A stretch of 61,464 nucleotides of DNA, filler included. It is 5 parts of 5 records of this genome, joined end to end, with 100 filler letters (N's around TTAATTAATTAA, not from the genome) between each part and the next. Parts side by side here need not be neighbours in the genome. Positions count along the whole stretch, not along the records: positions 17,187 to 29,997 come from SRR2962707_1655; positions 30,098 to 43,676 come from SRR2962707_1660; 3 more parts are not named here. One strand, 5' to 3'. Numbering within the stretch: the first letter of the stretch is position 1; each line of letters opens with the position of its first letter. This document shows positions 28,021 to 36,922 of this stretch, piece after piece. Under the pieces are notes generated by a model. The model was not told the DNA's origin, did no database searches, and was given only the letters and a program-made list of their open reading frames with translations. The position numbers and the translations under genes were made by a program.

Positions 28021-29481
28021 TCAGGTGCCGCAGAAGGTTTGCAGTACCCGCTCCGTCGGTTTCGGCGGTTGCCGATAGTCATCGATGTCATCGCGATCCT
28101 GGTAAGGGTGGGACAGCGCATCGAGCAGCCGGTGCGTGGGGCCCAGATCATCATCCCGCACCGCCGCGTTCAGGGCTTCCTCCACTTTGTGGTTGCGGGG
28201 GATCACCGCTGGATTGTTGTTGCGCATCAGACAGAACGAGGACTTGAGCGGTTTGGCGTTGCGGCTCAAGCGCGCTTGCCAGCGCTGATGCCAGTTTTCG
28301 AAGGCTTCGTCCTGATAGATCCCTTCCACCGGCGCGGTTTCGCCGATCAGATCGCGGAAAGTATTGGTGTAATCCGCCTGGTGTCGCTGCATCCAGTCCA
28401 GCAGATCCTGAATCAGCGTGGCGTCCACCGGGTCATCTCCGAACAGGCCCAGCTTGGCACGCATCATCGCCAGCCATTTGGCGTCATAGCGTCCGCTGAA
28501 GGACCTGATCACGTTGGTGGCTTTTTGCACCGCGGTGTCGGTGTCCGTGTCGATCAGCGGTAACAGGGTTTCAGCGAAGCGGGTCAGGTTCCACTGGGTA
28601 ATCGCCGGCTGGTTGCCATAGGCGTAACGCCCCTGGTGGTCGATGGAACTGAATACCGTGTCCGGGTGGTACTGGTCCATGAAGGCGCAGGGGCCGTAGT
28701 CAATGGTCTCGCCGGAGAGCGTCACGTTATCGGTATTCATCACGCCGTGAATAAAACCGACTCGCATCCAGTGGACGATCAGATCCAGTTGCCGTTCCAT
28801 TACCGAGTCCAGCAGCGCCAGGGCTTGGTTGTCGCTCTCCCTGAGTTCCGGATAATGGCGCTGCAGCGTGTAGTCCACCAGTGTTTCCAGTAGCTCGGGA
28901 TCCCGCTGGCCGGCGGCGAACTGGAAGGTGCCCACGCGCAAATGCGAGGCCGCGACGCGGGTCAGGATGGCGCCGGGTAACGCGGTTTCGCGGTATACCG
29001 GCTCTCCGGTGGCAACCACCGCGAGGCTGCGGGTAGTGGCAATGCCGAGAGCGTGCATTGCTTCGCTGATCAGATATTCCCGCAGCATCGGCCCGAGAGC
29101 GGCACGCCCGTCGCCACCACGGGAGAAGGGCGTCCGGCCGGCGCCTTTGAGTTGGATGTCGCGACGCTGGCCATCGGGAGTAAGCTGCTCGCCGAGCAGG
29201 ATGGCGCGGCCATCGCCGAGCATGTTCGGGTAGCCGAATTGGTGGCCGGCGTAAGCCTGGGCGATTGGCTCGCTGCCTTCGGCCAGAGTATTGCCCGCCA
29301 GCAGAGCGGCGCCGTCCGGACTGTCCAGAGTGGAGGCGTCCAGGCCCAACTGCCCGGCCAGCGCGGTGTTGAACAGAACCCCAACAGGGGCGGCCACCGG
29401 TGTCGGTTCACAGCGGGCGAACAGGCGCTCGGGCAGGCGGGCGTAGCCGTTGTCAAAATGGAAGCCGTGAGGACTGCTCAT
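28021..29481 (-). CDS. selO: Protein adenylyltransferase SelO (YdiU)
   Basis: AYAGHQFG, LGDGRA, QLKGAGRTPFSRGGDGRA, HGVMNTDN, IDYGP, C-terminal TFCGT. Confidence 0.96.
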   Translation of the reverse strand: MSSPHGFHFDNGYARLPERLFARCEPTPVAAPVGVLFNTALAGQLGLDASTLDSPDGAALLAGNTLAEGSEPIAQAYAGHQFGYPNMLGDGRAILLGEQLTPDGQRRDIQLKGAGRTPFSRGGDGRAALGPMLREYLISEAMHALGIATTRSLAVVATGEPVYRETALPGAILTRVAASHLRVGTFQFAAGQRDPELLETLVDYTLQRHYPELRESDNQALALLDSVMERQLDLIVHWMRVGFIHGVMNTDNVTLSGETIDYGPCAFMDQYHPDTVFSSIDHQGRYAYGNQPAITQWNLTRFAETLLPLIDTDTDTAVQKATNVIRSFSGRYDAKWLAMMRAKLGLFGDDPVDATLIQDLLDWMQRHQADYTNTFRDLIGETAPVEGIYQDEAFENWHQRWQARLSRNAKPLKSSFCLMRNNNPAVIPRNHKVEEALNAAVRDDDLGPTHRLLDALSHPYQDRDDIDDYRQPPKPTERVLQTFCGT

Positions 29482-29733
29482 CGAATACTCCAGTCGGGAA
29501 CTCCGGTGCGGGGTCTGACAGAGTAACAGACCGCGGCGGAGGAAAAGAGGCATGACCAAGTGGTCGAAAAGAGCGAATACCGGACTATCGCAATGCGCCG
29601 GCTTCCATGAAAAGATTAATGAATCCGGCCGGGGAGGTCCGTTTGACGTTCCTGCATGGGCCAATAATAACAAAATGGGGCTCTCCTTTTCAGGGACGGC
29701 CCTCCATGGGGTATTCCCCGGGAGTAGCGGAAC

Positions 29734-29928
29734 ATGAACAAAAAACCTCTATATCTGTTCTTCGTCATTTTCGCGCTGATGTTTTTCGCCAGCATGGCGC
29801 TGATGCTGTTCGCCGACCGTACTCTCTATCTGGCGCCGATCATCGGACTGGCGGGTATGATCTGGGCGTTGTTGCGCCTGCGCGGCGTGACCCGGATCGG
29901 TGGCATCACTATCGGCCGCAACGATTGA
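29734..29928 (+). CDS. Small hypothetical membrane protein (2 TM)
   Basis: 64 aa, two hydrophobic stretches, GGAG RBS. Confidence 0.6.
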   Translation: MNKKPLYLFFVIFALMFFASMALMLFADRTLYLAPIIGLAGMIWALLRLRGVTRIGGITIGRND

Positions 29929-29971
29929 TATCGTGGCTTCAAAAATCGCTGGGAGGCTTTGCTGTCCCACA

Positions 29972-29997
29972 ATTCGCTTGCAGGCAAGCTCCCACAG
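29972..29997 (-). repeat. GTGG-type REP element at contig end
   Basis: Minus strand CTGTGGGA-GCTTGC-CT-GCAAGC-GAAT: GTGG head followed by a short palindrome. Confidence 0.7.
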
Positions 29998-30097
29998 NNN
30001 NNNNNNNNNNNNNNNNNNNNNNNNNNNNNNNNNNNNNNNNNTTAATTAATTAANNNNNNNNNNNNNNNNNNNNNNNNNNNNNNNNNNNNNNNNNNNN
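29998..30097. other. Artificial contig linker
   Basis: 44 N + TTAATTAATTAA + 44 N. Confidence 0.99.
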
Positions 30098-30098
30098 C

Positions 30099-31655
30099 TG
30101 CGGCGATGTCGGCTTCGGCAAGACCGAAGTGGCGCTGCGCGCGGCCTTTATTGCCGCAATGAATGGCGTTCAGGTTGCGGTGGTGGTGCCGACAACGCTT
30201 CTGGCACGGCAGCATTTCAAGACCTTTACCGAGCGGTTGCGCGGTTATCCGGTGCGCATCGCCCAGGCCTCACGGCTGGTCGGCGCCAAGGAGCTGGCGC
30301 TGACCAAGGCAGAACTGGCCTCGGGGAAGACCGACATCGTAGTCGGAACCCATGCGCTGCTTGGCTCATCAATCCAGTTTGCCAATCTGGGGCTTTTGAT
30401 CATCGACGAAGAGCAGCATTTTGGCGTCAAGCACAAGGAACGATTGAAGGATCTGAAGAGCGACGTCCACGTTCTGACGTTGTCTGCAACACCGATCCCG
30501 CGCACATTGCAACTGGCGATGACCGGCGTGCGGGAATTGTCGCTGATCACCACGCCGCCGGTCGACCGGATGGCGGTACGAACCTTCATTTCACCGTTTG
30601 ATCCGGTGACCGTGCGCGAAACCCTGATGCGCGAGCATTATCGCGGCGGCCAGAGTTTTTACGTGTGTCCACGGCTGGCGGATCTGGAGGAGGTTGCGGC
30701 CTTCCTTCGCGACAGCGTGCCGGAACTCAAATTTGCCATGGCGCATGGCCAGATGGGTGCCGGTGAACTCGACGACATCATGAATGCGTTTTACGACGGA
30801 CAGTACGATGTGCTGCTGTCGACGACGATTGTTGAATCGGGCCTTGATGTGCCGACCGCCAACACGCTGATCGTCCATCGTGCCGACATGTTCGGCCTGG
30901 CCCAGCTCTATCAGCTGCGCGGCCGCGTCGGCCGTTCCAAGATCCGTGCGTTTGCGCTGTTCACGCTGCCGGTCAACAAATTGCTGACGGCAACAGCCGA
31001 CAAGCGGCTCAAGGTGCTGCAATCACTCGACACGCTTGGCGCAGGCTTCCAGCTTGCGAGCCACGATCTCGACATCCGTGGCGCCGGCAATCTTCTCGGC
31101 GAAGAGCAATCGGGACACATCAAGGAGGTAGGTTTCGAACTCTACCAGCATATGCTCGAGGAGGCCGTTGCCGAAGTTCGCGGTGAGGATGAAGTCATCG
31201 ACACCGGATGGTCACCGCAGATCACCGTCGGCACGCCGGTGATGATCCCCGAAGACTACGTGCCGGACCTGCATTTGCGGCTCGGGCTTTACCGCCGCCT
31301 CGGCGATATCATCGATGTGACCGACATCGACGGATTTGGCGCGGAGATGATCGACCGTTTCGGGCCATTGCCGATCGAGGTCCAGCATCTCCTCAAGATC
31401 GTCTTCATCAAGGCTTTGTGCCGCAAGGCCAATGTCGAGAAGCTCGATGCCGGACCGAAGGGCGTGGTCGTGCAGTTCCGCAACAAGGAATTCCCCAACC
31501 CGGCCGGACTGGTGGGGCACATCTCGAAACAGGGCAATCTGGCCAAGATCCGTCCGGATCAGAGCGTTGTGTTCATCCGCGACCTGCCGACTCCGGAAAA
31601 GCGGCTCAACGGGGCTGCCGTTGTGATGACGCACTTGGCAGAACTGGCGGGATAA
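30099..31655 (+). CDS. mfd: Transcription-repair coupling factor, 3' part
   Basis: CGDVGFGKTEV, DEEQHFGV, SATPIPRTL, QLRGRVGR, TRCF domain; 5' end missing. Confidence 0.98.
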   Translation, partial: CGDVGFGKTEVALRAAFIAAMNGVQVAVVVPTTLLARQHFKTFTERLRGYPVRIAQASRLVGAKELALTKAELASGKTDIVVGTHALLGSSIQFANLGLLIIDEEQHFGVKHKERLKDLKSDVHVLTLSATPIPRTLQLAMTGVRELSLITTPPVDRMAVRTFISPFDPVTVRETLMREHYRGGQSFYVCPRLADLEEVAAFLRDSVPELKFAMAHGQMGAGELDDIMNAFYDGQYDVLLSTTIVESGLDVPTANTLIVHRADMFGLAQLYQLRGRVGRSKIRAFALFTLPVNKLLTATADKRLKVLQSLDTLGAGFQLASHDLDIRGAGNLLGEEQSGHIKEVGFELYQHMLEEAVAEVRGEDEVIDTGWSPQITVGTPVMIPEDYVPDLHLRLGLYRRLGDIIDVTDIDGFGAEMIDRFGPLPIEVQHLLKIVFIKALCRKANVEKLDAGPKGVVVQFRNKEFPNPAGLVGHISKQGNLAKIRPDQSVVFIRDLPTPEKRLNGAAVVMTHLAELAG

Positions 31656-31669
31656 ACCAGCTACAAACG

Positions 31670-31702
31670 AAAACCCGCCGGAATGATCCGGCGGGCTGTT
31701 TT
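31670..31702. terminator. Intrinsic terminator between convergent genes
   Basis: AAAA-CCCGCCGGA-ATGA-TCCGGCGGG-CTGTTTT. Confidence 0.75.
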
Positions 31703-31762
31703 GCAGAAGGTCAACGTCAAGCCTTGCTGGCTCTGATGATCAGATGATCAGGGCAGGGACCA

Positions 31763-32443
31763 TCACTCGGGCGCTTCGGCGGCCTGCTTGGCTTTTTCCT
31801 GCACGACCTTGCGCATGGCATCTGCAAGCGCTTCAGCAGACTGCGCGCCGACAACGGCATACTTCATGTCGATGATAAAACATGGAACGCCGGTCACGCC
31901 CATCTGCCGGGCCTGATCTATCTCGGCTGCGACTGTGTCACGGTCGGCGTCACCTGCCAGCAAGCGTTCGATCACGGGCATCTCGAGTCCCGCCTGTTCC
32001 GCGGTCTCCATCAGTACCGCGTCATCGCCGATGTTCTTTCCGTCCTCGAAATAGGCCTTGAACAGCAGGTCCACGACCTGTTGCTGGGTTGTCAGTCCCA
32101 GCGATCCGGCCCAGCGGATCAACCGGTGAGCATCGAGCGTGTTGGCCGATACTTCAATCTTGTCAAAGGCAAAGGGAATCTGCTCCTCGACGCCTGCTGT
32201 GCGAATAGCGGCATAGGCCTGCTCGGCGCCGACGGCGCCGCCGAATTTTTCTTCCAGATATTGTTGCCGGTCCTTGCCTTGCTTGGGCAGGGTCGGATCG
32301 AGCTGATAGGGACGCCAGCGCACCTCGACATCCATTTCGGCGCGAACTTCATCAAGTGCTGCTTCGAGCCGGCGCTTGCCGATATAGCACCATGGGCACA
32401 TGACATCGGAGACGACATCAATGGTCAATGCGGGAGCAGTCAT
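31763..32443 (-). CDS. DsbA family (FrnE-like) oxidoreductase
   Basis: SDVMCPWCYIGKRRL, WRPYQL, GVTGVP. Confidence 0.93.
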   Translation of the reverse strand: MTAPALTIDVVSDVMCPWCYIGKRRLEAALDEVRAEMDVEVRWRPYQLDPTLPKQGKDRQQYLEEKFGGAVGAEQAYAAIRTAGVEEQIPFAFDKIEVSANTLDAHRLIRWAGSLGLTTQQQVVDLLFKAYFEDGKNIGDDAVLMETAEQAGLEMPVIERLLAGDADRDTVAAEIDQARQMGVTGVPCFIIDMKYAVVGAQSAEALADAMRKVVQEKAKQAAEAPE

Positions 32444-32478
32444 AACTTCACCTTTCGGGTGTTTTCAATTTCAGACTC

Positions 32479-34302
32479 TTAAGGAGCGGCGGTCGTATCC
32501 CACCAGCCAGGCAGATAATAGCCATAGAGCGGCGGTTCACCCTCGGGTTCGGCAATGCGGCTGCGGTGCGCCACCCAGGACTTGCCCAAATGAAATGCCG
32601 GAATGACATAGTGTCCGGACAGCAGGACGCGGTCATAGGCGCGCACGGACGAGCGGAAATCATCGGCGGTTCGGGCGTTGAGCAAGGCGTCAATCGCAGC
32701 ATCGATCGCCGGGCTGGCAGCACCGGAGAAATTGAACGAGCCCTGCTGGTCACGCGAGGCTGATCCCCAGCGGTTTATCTGTTCGGCACCTGGCGACAGT
32801 GATGACGAAAAGGCTTTCATGATCATGTCATAATCGAAGGTCTGCGAGCGCTGCTGGTATTGCGCATCATCAACCGTGCGGATTGCCATTTCGATGCCCA
32901 GAGCGGAAAGCGAACGCTGGAAGGCGATGGCGAGCTTCTCCTGACCTTCGTTCTGGGTCATTAGATCAAAGGCAAAATGCCGCCCATTGGCGTCCAAAAG
33001 CTTGCCGTTCTCGATTTTGTATCCGGCCCCCTGGAGAAGCGTCAACGCGGCACGCTGGACCTTGCGGTCGCGGCCCGATCCGTCAGTGGCCGGCAGCGTC
33101 CAGGTGCCCTCCATGATTTCCGGCAACACCGCATCAGGGTACGGTGCGAGGATCTCTCGTTCGCGCGCATCGGCAGGCTTTCCATAGCTTGCCAGCTCCG
33201 AGCCATCCCAGAACGAGTGGGTCCGGGTGTAGGTGTTGTCGTAAAGGCTTCGGTTGGCCCATTCAAAATCAAACAGCATTGTCAGCGCCTGACGAACGCG
33301 GACATCGTCAAACAGCTTTTTGCGCGTGTTGAAGACAAACCCGTACATGCCCGAGGGAGTCTGGCTGTCATATTCCTTGCGGACAATTTCACCTGAGGTG
33401 ACGGCCGGGAAATCATAGCCGCGCGACCAGTTGGTGGCGCTGCCATCGGGATAGATGTCAAACACACCTTTCTTGAAGGCCTCGAACTGGGCAGTTTCGG
33501 AGAGGAAATACTCGATGGCGATTTCATCGTAATTGTCGATGCCGCGCTTGATCGGCAGATCCTTGCCCCAATAGTCCGGGTTGCGCGTGTAGCTGATGCG
33601 TTCACCGGCTTTGACTTCGCTAACCAGATAGGGCCCAGAACCGACACCTGGTGTGAGCGTAGATTGATCGAAGCTGTCTATATCTGTGGCGTGTTTGGGC
33701 AACACCGGCGAGAGCGACAGGATCAGCGGGAATTCCCGGTTGGAGCTGTCATTGAAGGTGAAGCGCACGGAAAGCGGGCCGGTTTTTTCCATCTTTGCGA
33801 CGCGGTTTAGCCGGGTGCTGTAGGGCGGCCGGCCCTTCTCCTTGAACAGTTCCATCGTGAAGATGACGTCATCGGCGGTGACCGGCTGACCATCGGACCA
33901 GCGTGCGGCGGGATTGATGTTGTACTGGATGAAGCTGCGCTCATCGTCCCATTCAACCGTCTCGGCCAGCAAGCCATACAGCGTGAAAGGCTCGTCCTGC
34001 GAACGCTGCATCAGCGGTTCATAGACGAGACTGCCGAACACCGGATCTGCAAGGCCGCGGGCGGTCGTGCGCATGCTCTTGACGATAAAGGGCCGCACAC
34101 TGTCAAAAGACCCGACGACTCCATAGGTTACCTTGCCGCCCTTGGGGGCATCAGGATTGACATAGGGAAGATGGGTGAAATCGGCCGGCAACGCAGGTTC
34201 GCCGTGCATCGCGATTGCGTGCACCGGTTCTGCACAGACCGGCGAGCCGGCACTGCAGAGGGCGCCTGCAATCAAGGCAAATGATCCCAGCAATTGTCTC
34301 AT
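32479..34302 (-). CDS. Extracellular solute-binding protein family 5 (YejA-like)
   Basis: HAIAMHGEP, PYVNPDAPKGG, YGLLAE, GSGPY, RNPDYWG; start taken at MRQLLG. Confidence 0.92.
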   Translation of the reverse strand: MRQLLGSFALIAGALCSAGSPVCAEPVHAIAMHGEPALPADFTHLPYVNPDAPKGGKVTYGVVGSFDSVRPFIVKSMRTTARGLADPVFGSLVYEPLMQRSQDEPFTLYGLLAETVEWDDERSFIQYNINPAARWSDGQPVTADDVIFTMELFKEKGRPPYSTRLNRVAKMEKTGPLSVRFTFNDSSNREFPLILSLSPVLPKHATDIDSFDQSTLTPGVGSGPYLVSEVKAGERISYTRNPDYWGKDLPIKRGIDNYDEIAIEYFLSETAQFEAFKKGVFDIYPDGSATNWSRGYDFPAVTSGEIVRKEYDSQTPSGMYGFVFNTRKKLFDDVRVRQALTMLFDFEWANRSLYDNTYTRTHSFWDGSELASYGKPADAREREILAPYPDAVLPEIMEGTWTLPATDGSGRDRKVQRAALTLLQGAGYKIENGKLLDANGRHFAFDLMTQNEGQEKLAIAFQRSLSALGIEMAIRTVDDAQYQQRSQTFDYDMIMKAFSSSLSPGAEQINRWGSASRDQQGSFNFSGAASPAIDAAIDALLNARTADDFRSSVRAYDRVLLSGHYVIPAFHLGKSWVAHRSRIAEPEGEPPLYGYYLPGWWDTTAAP

Positions 34303-34602
34303 AGTCGCTCCTCGCGGGTTTGATGGGTGGCAACAAAGCAGAATTCGCCACCGCCGAATCCCCAGGTGACGATATACGGGCCGCTTAAGGCAGGCCACCG
34401 TTGCGGAAGCAGTGCGCGTTTTTTTTGGCGTAAGGCTGCCGCCGGGCTGGATATTAATGCCACCACGCGTTAACAGGAACCCGAAACAAGCCTTGCTGTT
34501 GCCGCATTTTCAATCGAGAAGGCGCGACATATACAAGAGGGCGCGGAGTCCGCGCGAACCCTACGCTGCCCCAAGGCGGCATTTGAGGAGAACTGGAACC
34601 AA

Positions 34603-35211
34603 ATGAACGCCATCACAAAGATCATCTCCGCTGCTGTCATGTCGGTTGGCGTCGCCGCCGCTTTCATGCCTGCAACTGCTTCCGCCCAAGGCGCCAATCA
34701 GGGCTGGTACAAGACCTGCACCAAGCAGGAAGACAATGATGTCTGCGTCGTGCAGAACCTTGTCACCGCGCCGTCAGGTCAATTGCTGACGGCCGTCGGC
34801 TTGATCAAGGTGACCGGCAAGGTGAACCGGATGATCATGCAGGTCACAGTCCCGACCGCGCGTTTGATCCAGCCAGGTATCAACCTGCAGGTGGATGGCG
34901 GCCAGGCCCAGCGTCTCGAGTATGCGATCTGCATGCCGGAAACCTGCGTTGCCGAAACCCTCCTGACCGATGCCATGGTTGCTTCCTTCAAGAAGGGTGG
35001 CGAACTTGTGCTGACCTCAGTCAACTATCAGCGCACACCCAATCCGCTGAAGATCAGCCTTGAAGGCTTTACCCAGGCCTATGACGGCGATCCGATTGCT
35101 CAGTCGGAACTTCAGGAACGCCAGCGTCTGCTGCAGGAAGAAATGGCCAAGAAGGCCGATGAAGCCCGCAAGAAGCTAGAAGACGCACAGGCTGCAGCGA
35201 AAAAGAACTGA
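34603..35211 (+). CDS. ialB: Invasion associated locus B family protein
   Basis: Signal peptide, WYKTC...C, CMPETCVAE, SLEGFTQAYDG. Confidence 0.88.
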   Translation: MNAITKIISAAVMSVGVAAAFMPATASAQGANQGWYKTCTKQEDNDVCVVQNLVTAPSGQLLTAVGLIKVTGKVNRMIMQVTVPTARLIQPGINLQVDGGQAQRLEYAICMPETCVAETLLTDAMVASFKKGGELVLTSVNYQRTPNPLKISLEGFTQAYDGDPIAQSELQERQRLLQEEMAKKADEARKKLEDAQAAAKKN

Positions 35212-35229
35212 TTTCATCAGACTGGTAAT

Positions 35230-35267
35230 GAAAAGGCCCGGATGCGCCATCGCGTCCGGGCCTTTTC
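35230..35267. terminator. Bidirectional intrinsic terminator
   Basis: GAAAAGGCCCGGATGCG-CCAT-CGCGTCCGGGCCTTTTC. Confidence 0.88.
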
Positions 35268-35302
35268 AGTTTCAAGAGCAAAAAAACCAGTGATCCGCCG
35301 TT

Positions 35303-35373
35303 TAAATGCATGTCTCGCAAAAGTGTGTAGCGGTTTTGCGACAACGACCTGCACAAACAAAGGGACAAAGCGC
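35303..35373. repeat. Rhizobial palindromic intergenic repeat (RIME/motif C/BRU-RS-like half unit)
   Basis: TGCATGTC-TCGCAAAA-GTGTGTAGCGG-TTTTGCGA-CAAC-GACCTGCA-CAAACAAAG. Confidence 0.75.
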
Positions 35374-35404
35374 GGCACCCGGCACCGGCTTGATGTGGTG
35401 CGCT

Positions 35405-35734
35405 TTAGTGGCTGACCCGTTCCTTGGGCTTGTAGACACCATCCACCGGAGCCTCGAAAAATTCGTTCAGCTGCGGATGGCGGACCGGACTGTCACTGTC
35501 GTCGATCAACAGGTTCTGTTCGGAGACATAGGCCACGTATTCCGTCTCATCGTTTTCTGCGAGCAGATGATAGAACGGCTGGTCCTTGCTGGGACGGACC
35601 TGTTCTGGAATGGCATTCCACCATTCATCTGTGTTTGCATAGACCGGATCAACATCAAAGATCACGCCACGGAACGGGAAAATCCGGTGCTTGACGATTT
35701 GTCCGATGTGGAATTTGGCTTGTTTGAGCTGCAT
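35405..35734 (-). CDS. hspQ: Heat shock protein HspQ
   Basis: AKFHIGQIVKHR.F.FRGVIFDVDP, QPFYHLLAEN, AYVSEQNL. Confidence 0.95.
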   Translation of the reverse strand: MQLKQAKFHIGQIVKHRIFPFRGVIFDVDPVYANTDEWWNAIPEQVRPSKDQPFYHLLAENDETEYVAYVSEQNLLIDDSDSPVRHPQLNEFFEAPVDGVYKPKERVSH

Positions 35735-35869
35735 GTCTTTGTTCCTTTGGCCTTAAAGATGGGAGCTTTGACCAGAAGTTCAACTGTTTGGCCTTGACGC
35801 CGGTGCGCCGGGAACCTACCCCCTGCAAGGGCTGAAGCATTGTATTAACAGCGTTCGCAGGTATCAAGT

Positions 35870-36835
35870 ATGGCTGAAATCACAGGTCTGGTGCTGCCGT
35901 TTTTTGGTCTGATCCTGCTCGGCTATATTGCAGCACGCATCACCAAGCAGCCGCAGGAGGCGATGGGTTGGCTCAACACCTTCATCATCTATGTTTCGCT
36001 GCCGGCCCTGTTTTTCAAGCTTTTGTCGCGAACCCCGATCGAACAGCTGGCGCGCTGGGACTATGTCCTGACCAGCATGGTGGTGACCTACACGGTCTTT
36101 GCGATTGTCTTTGCCGCAAGCATTCTCATTCGTCGCGCGTCCATCGGGGAGGCCACCGTTCAGGGGTTGGCCGGAGCGTATGGCAATATCGGTTACATGG
36201 GGCCGGGGATTGCCATTCTGGCATTCGGTGAGCCGGCCGCGGTGCCCGTCGCGTTGATCTTCTGCTTTGAAAACATCATGCATTTCACCATCGCGCCGAT
36301 GATGATGGCGCTTGCGGGCGGCGACCACCGCAGTGCCGGTGCTCTGGCCCTCGGGGTGACGAAAAAGATCGCCTTCCATCCCTTCATCCTCGCCACCGTG
36401 GTTGGTGTTGCCGCGGCCTGGATCGAATTCGTGCCGCCGCTGCCGGTCGGGCGTCTGATCGACTATCTGGCCCAAGCCGCTGCACCGTGCGCGCTGTTTG
36501 CGATGGGGGTGACGCTGGCGCTGAGACCGCTGAAACGCGTGCCGGTCGAGCTGGGCTTCATTGTGCCGATGAAGCTGATCGCGCATCCGATCATGATGTA
36601 TGTCGGATTGAGCCTGATGGGCGATTTTGAACCGGTCTGGGTTTACACTGCCGTGTTGCTCGCGTCGCTTCCGACCGCCACAAACGTGTTCGTTATCGCA
36701 CAACAGTACTCGACCTGGGTGGAGCGTGCTTCGGCAACCGTGCTGGTGACAACAGTGTGCAGCGTCGGCACGGTGTCGACCTTGCTCTGGCTGATTACCA
36801 GCGGAACCCTGCCGCCGGACCTGTTTCCAGGTTGA
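35870..36835 (+). CDS. AEC (auxin efflux carrier) family transporter
   Basis: LPFFGLI, LPALFF, NIGYMG, LPTATN; about 10 TM segments. Confidence 0.92.
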   Translation: MAEITGLVLPFFGLILLGYIAARITKQPQEAMGWLNTFIIYVSLPALFFKLLSRTPIEQLARWDYVLTSMVVTYTVFAIVFAASILIRRASIGEATVQGLAGAYGNIGYMGPGIAILAFGEPAAVPVALIFCFENIMHFTIAPMMMALAGGDHRSAGALALGVTKKIAFHPFILATVVGVAAAWIEFVPPLPVGRLIDYLAQAAAPCALFAMGVTLALRPLKRVPVELGFIVPMKLIAHPIMMYVGLSLMGDFEPVWVYTAVLLASLPTATNVFVIAQQYSTWVERASATVLVTTVCSVGTVSTLLWLITSGTLPPDLFPG

Positions 36836-36922
36836 GCCGGATATCCGAACTACACCGAGGCTAGAGTTAGCCCAGTAAAATGCTGTTTATCAGCGCTTTA
36901 CAGCGATTACTTATAAACGACA

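Noticed and set aside
28021-28035. Selenocysteine read-through at the selO TGA stop
   Set aside because: The C-terminal motif already has Cys (FCGT) and the TGA follows it, as an ordinary stop.
29643-29673. TTGACG plus AATAATAACAA (promoter or Hfq/Crc A-rich motif) upstream of the small membrane ORF
   Set aside because: Short motifs with non-ideal spacing; could easily occur by chance.
34454-34473. Possible CtrA box upstream of ialB
   Set aside because: The two TTAA half-sites are 12 bp apart, not 7.
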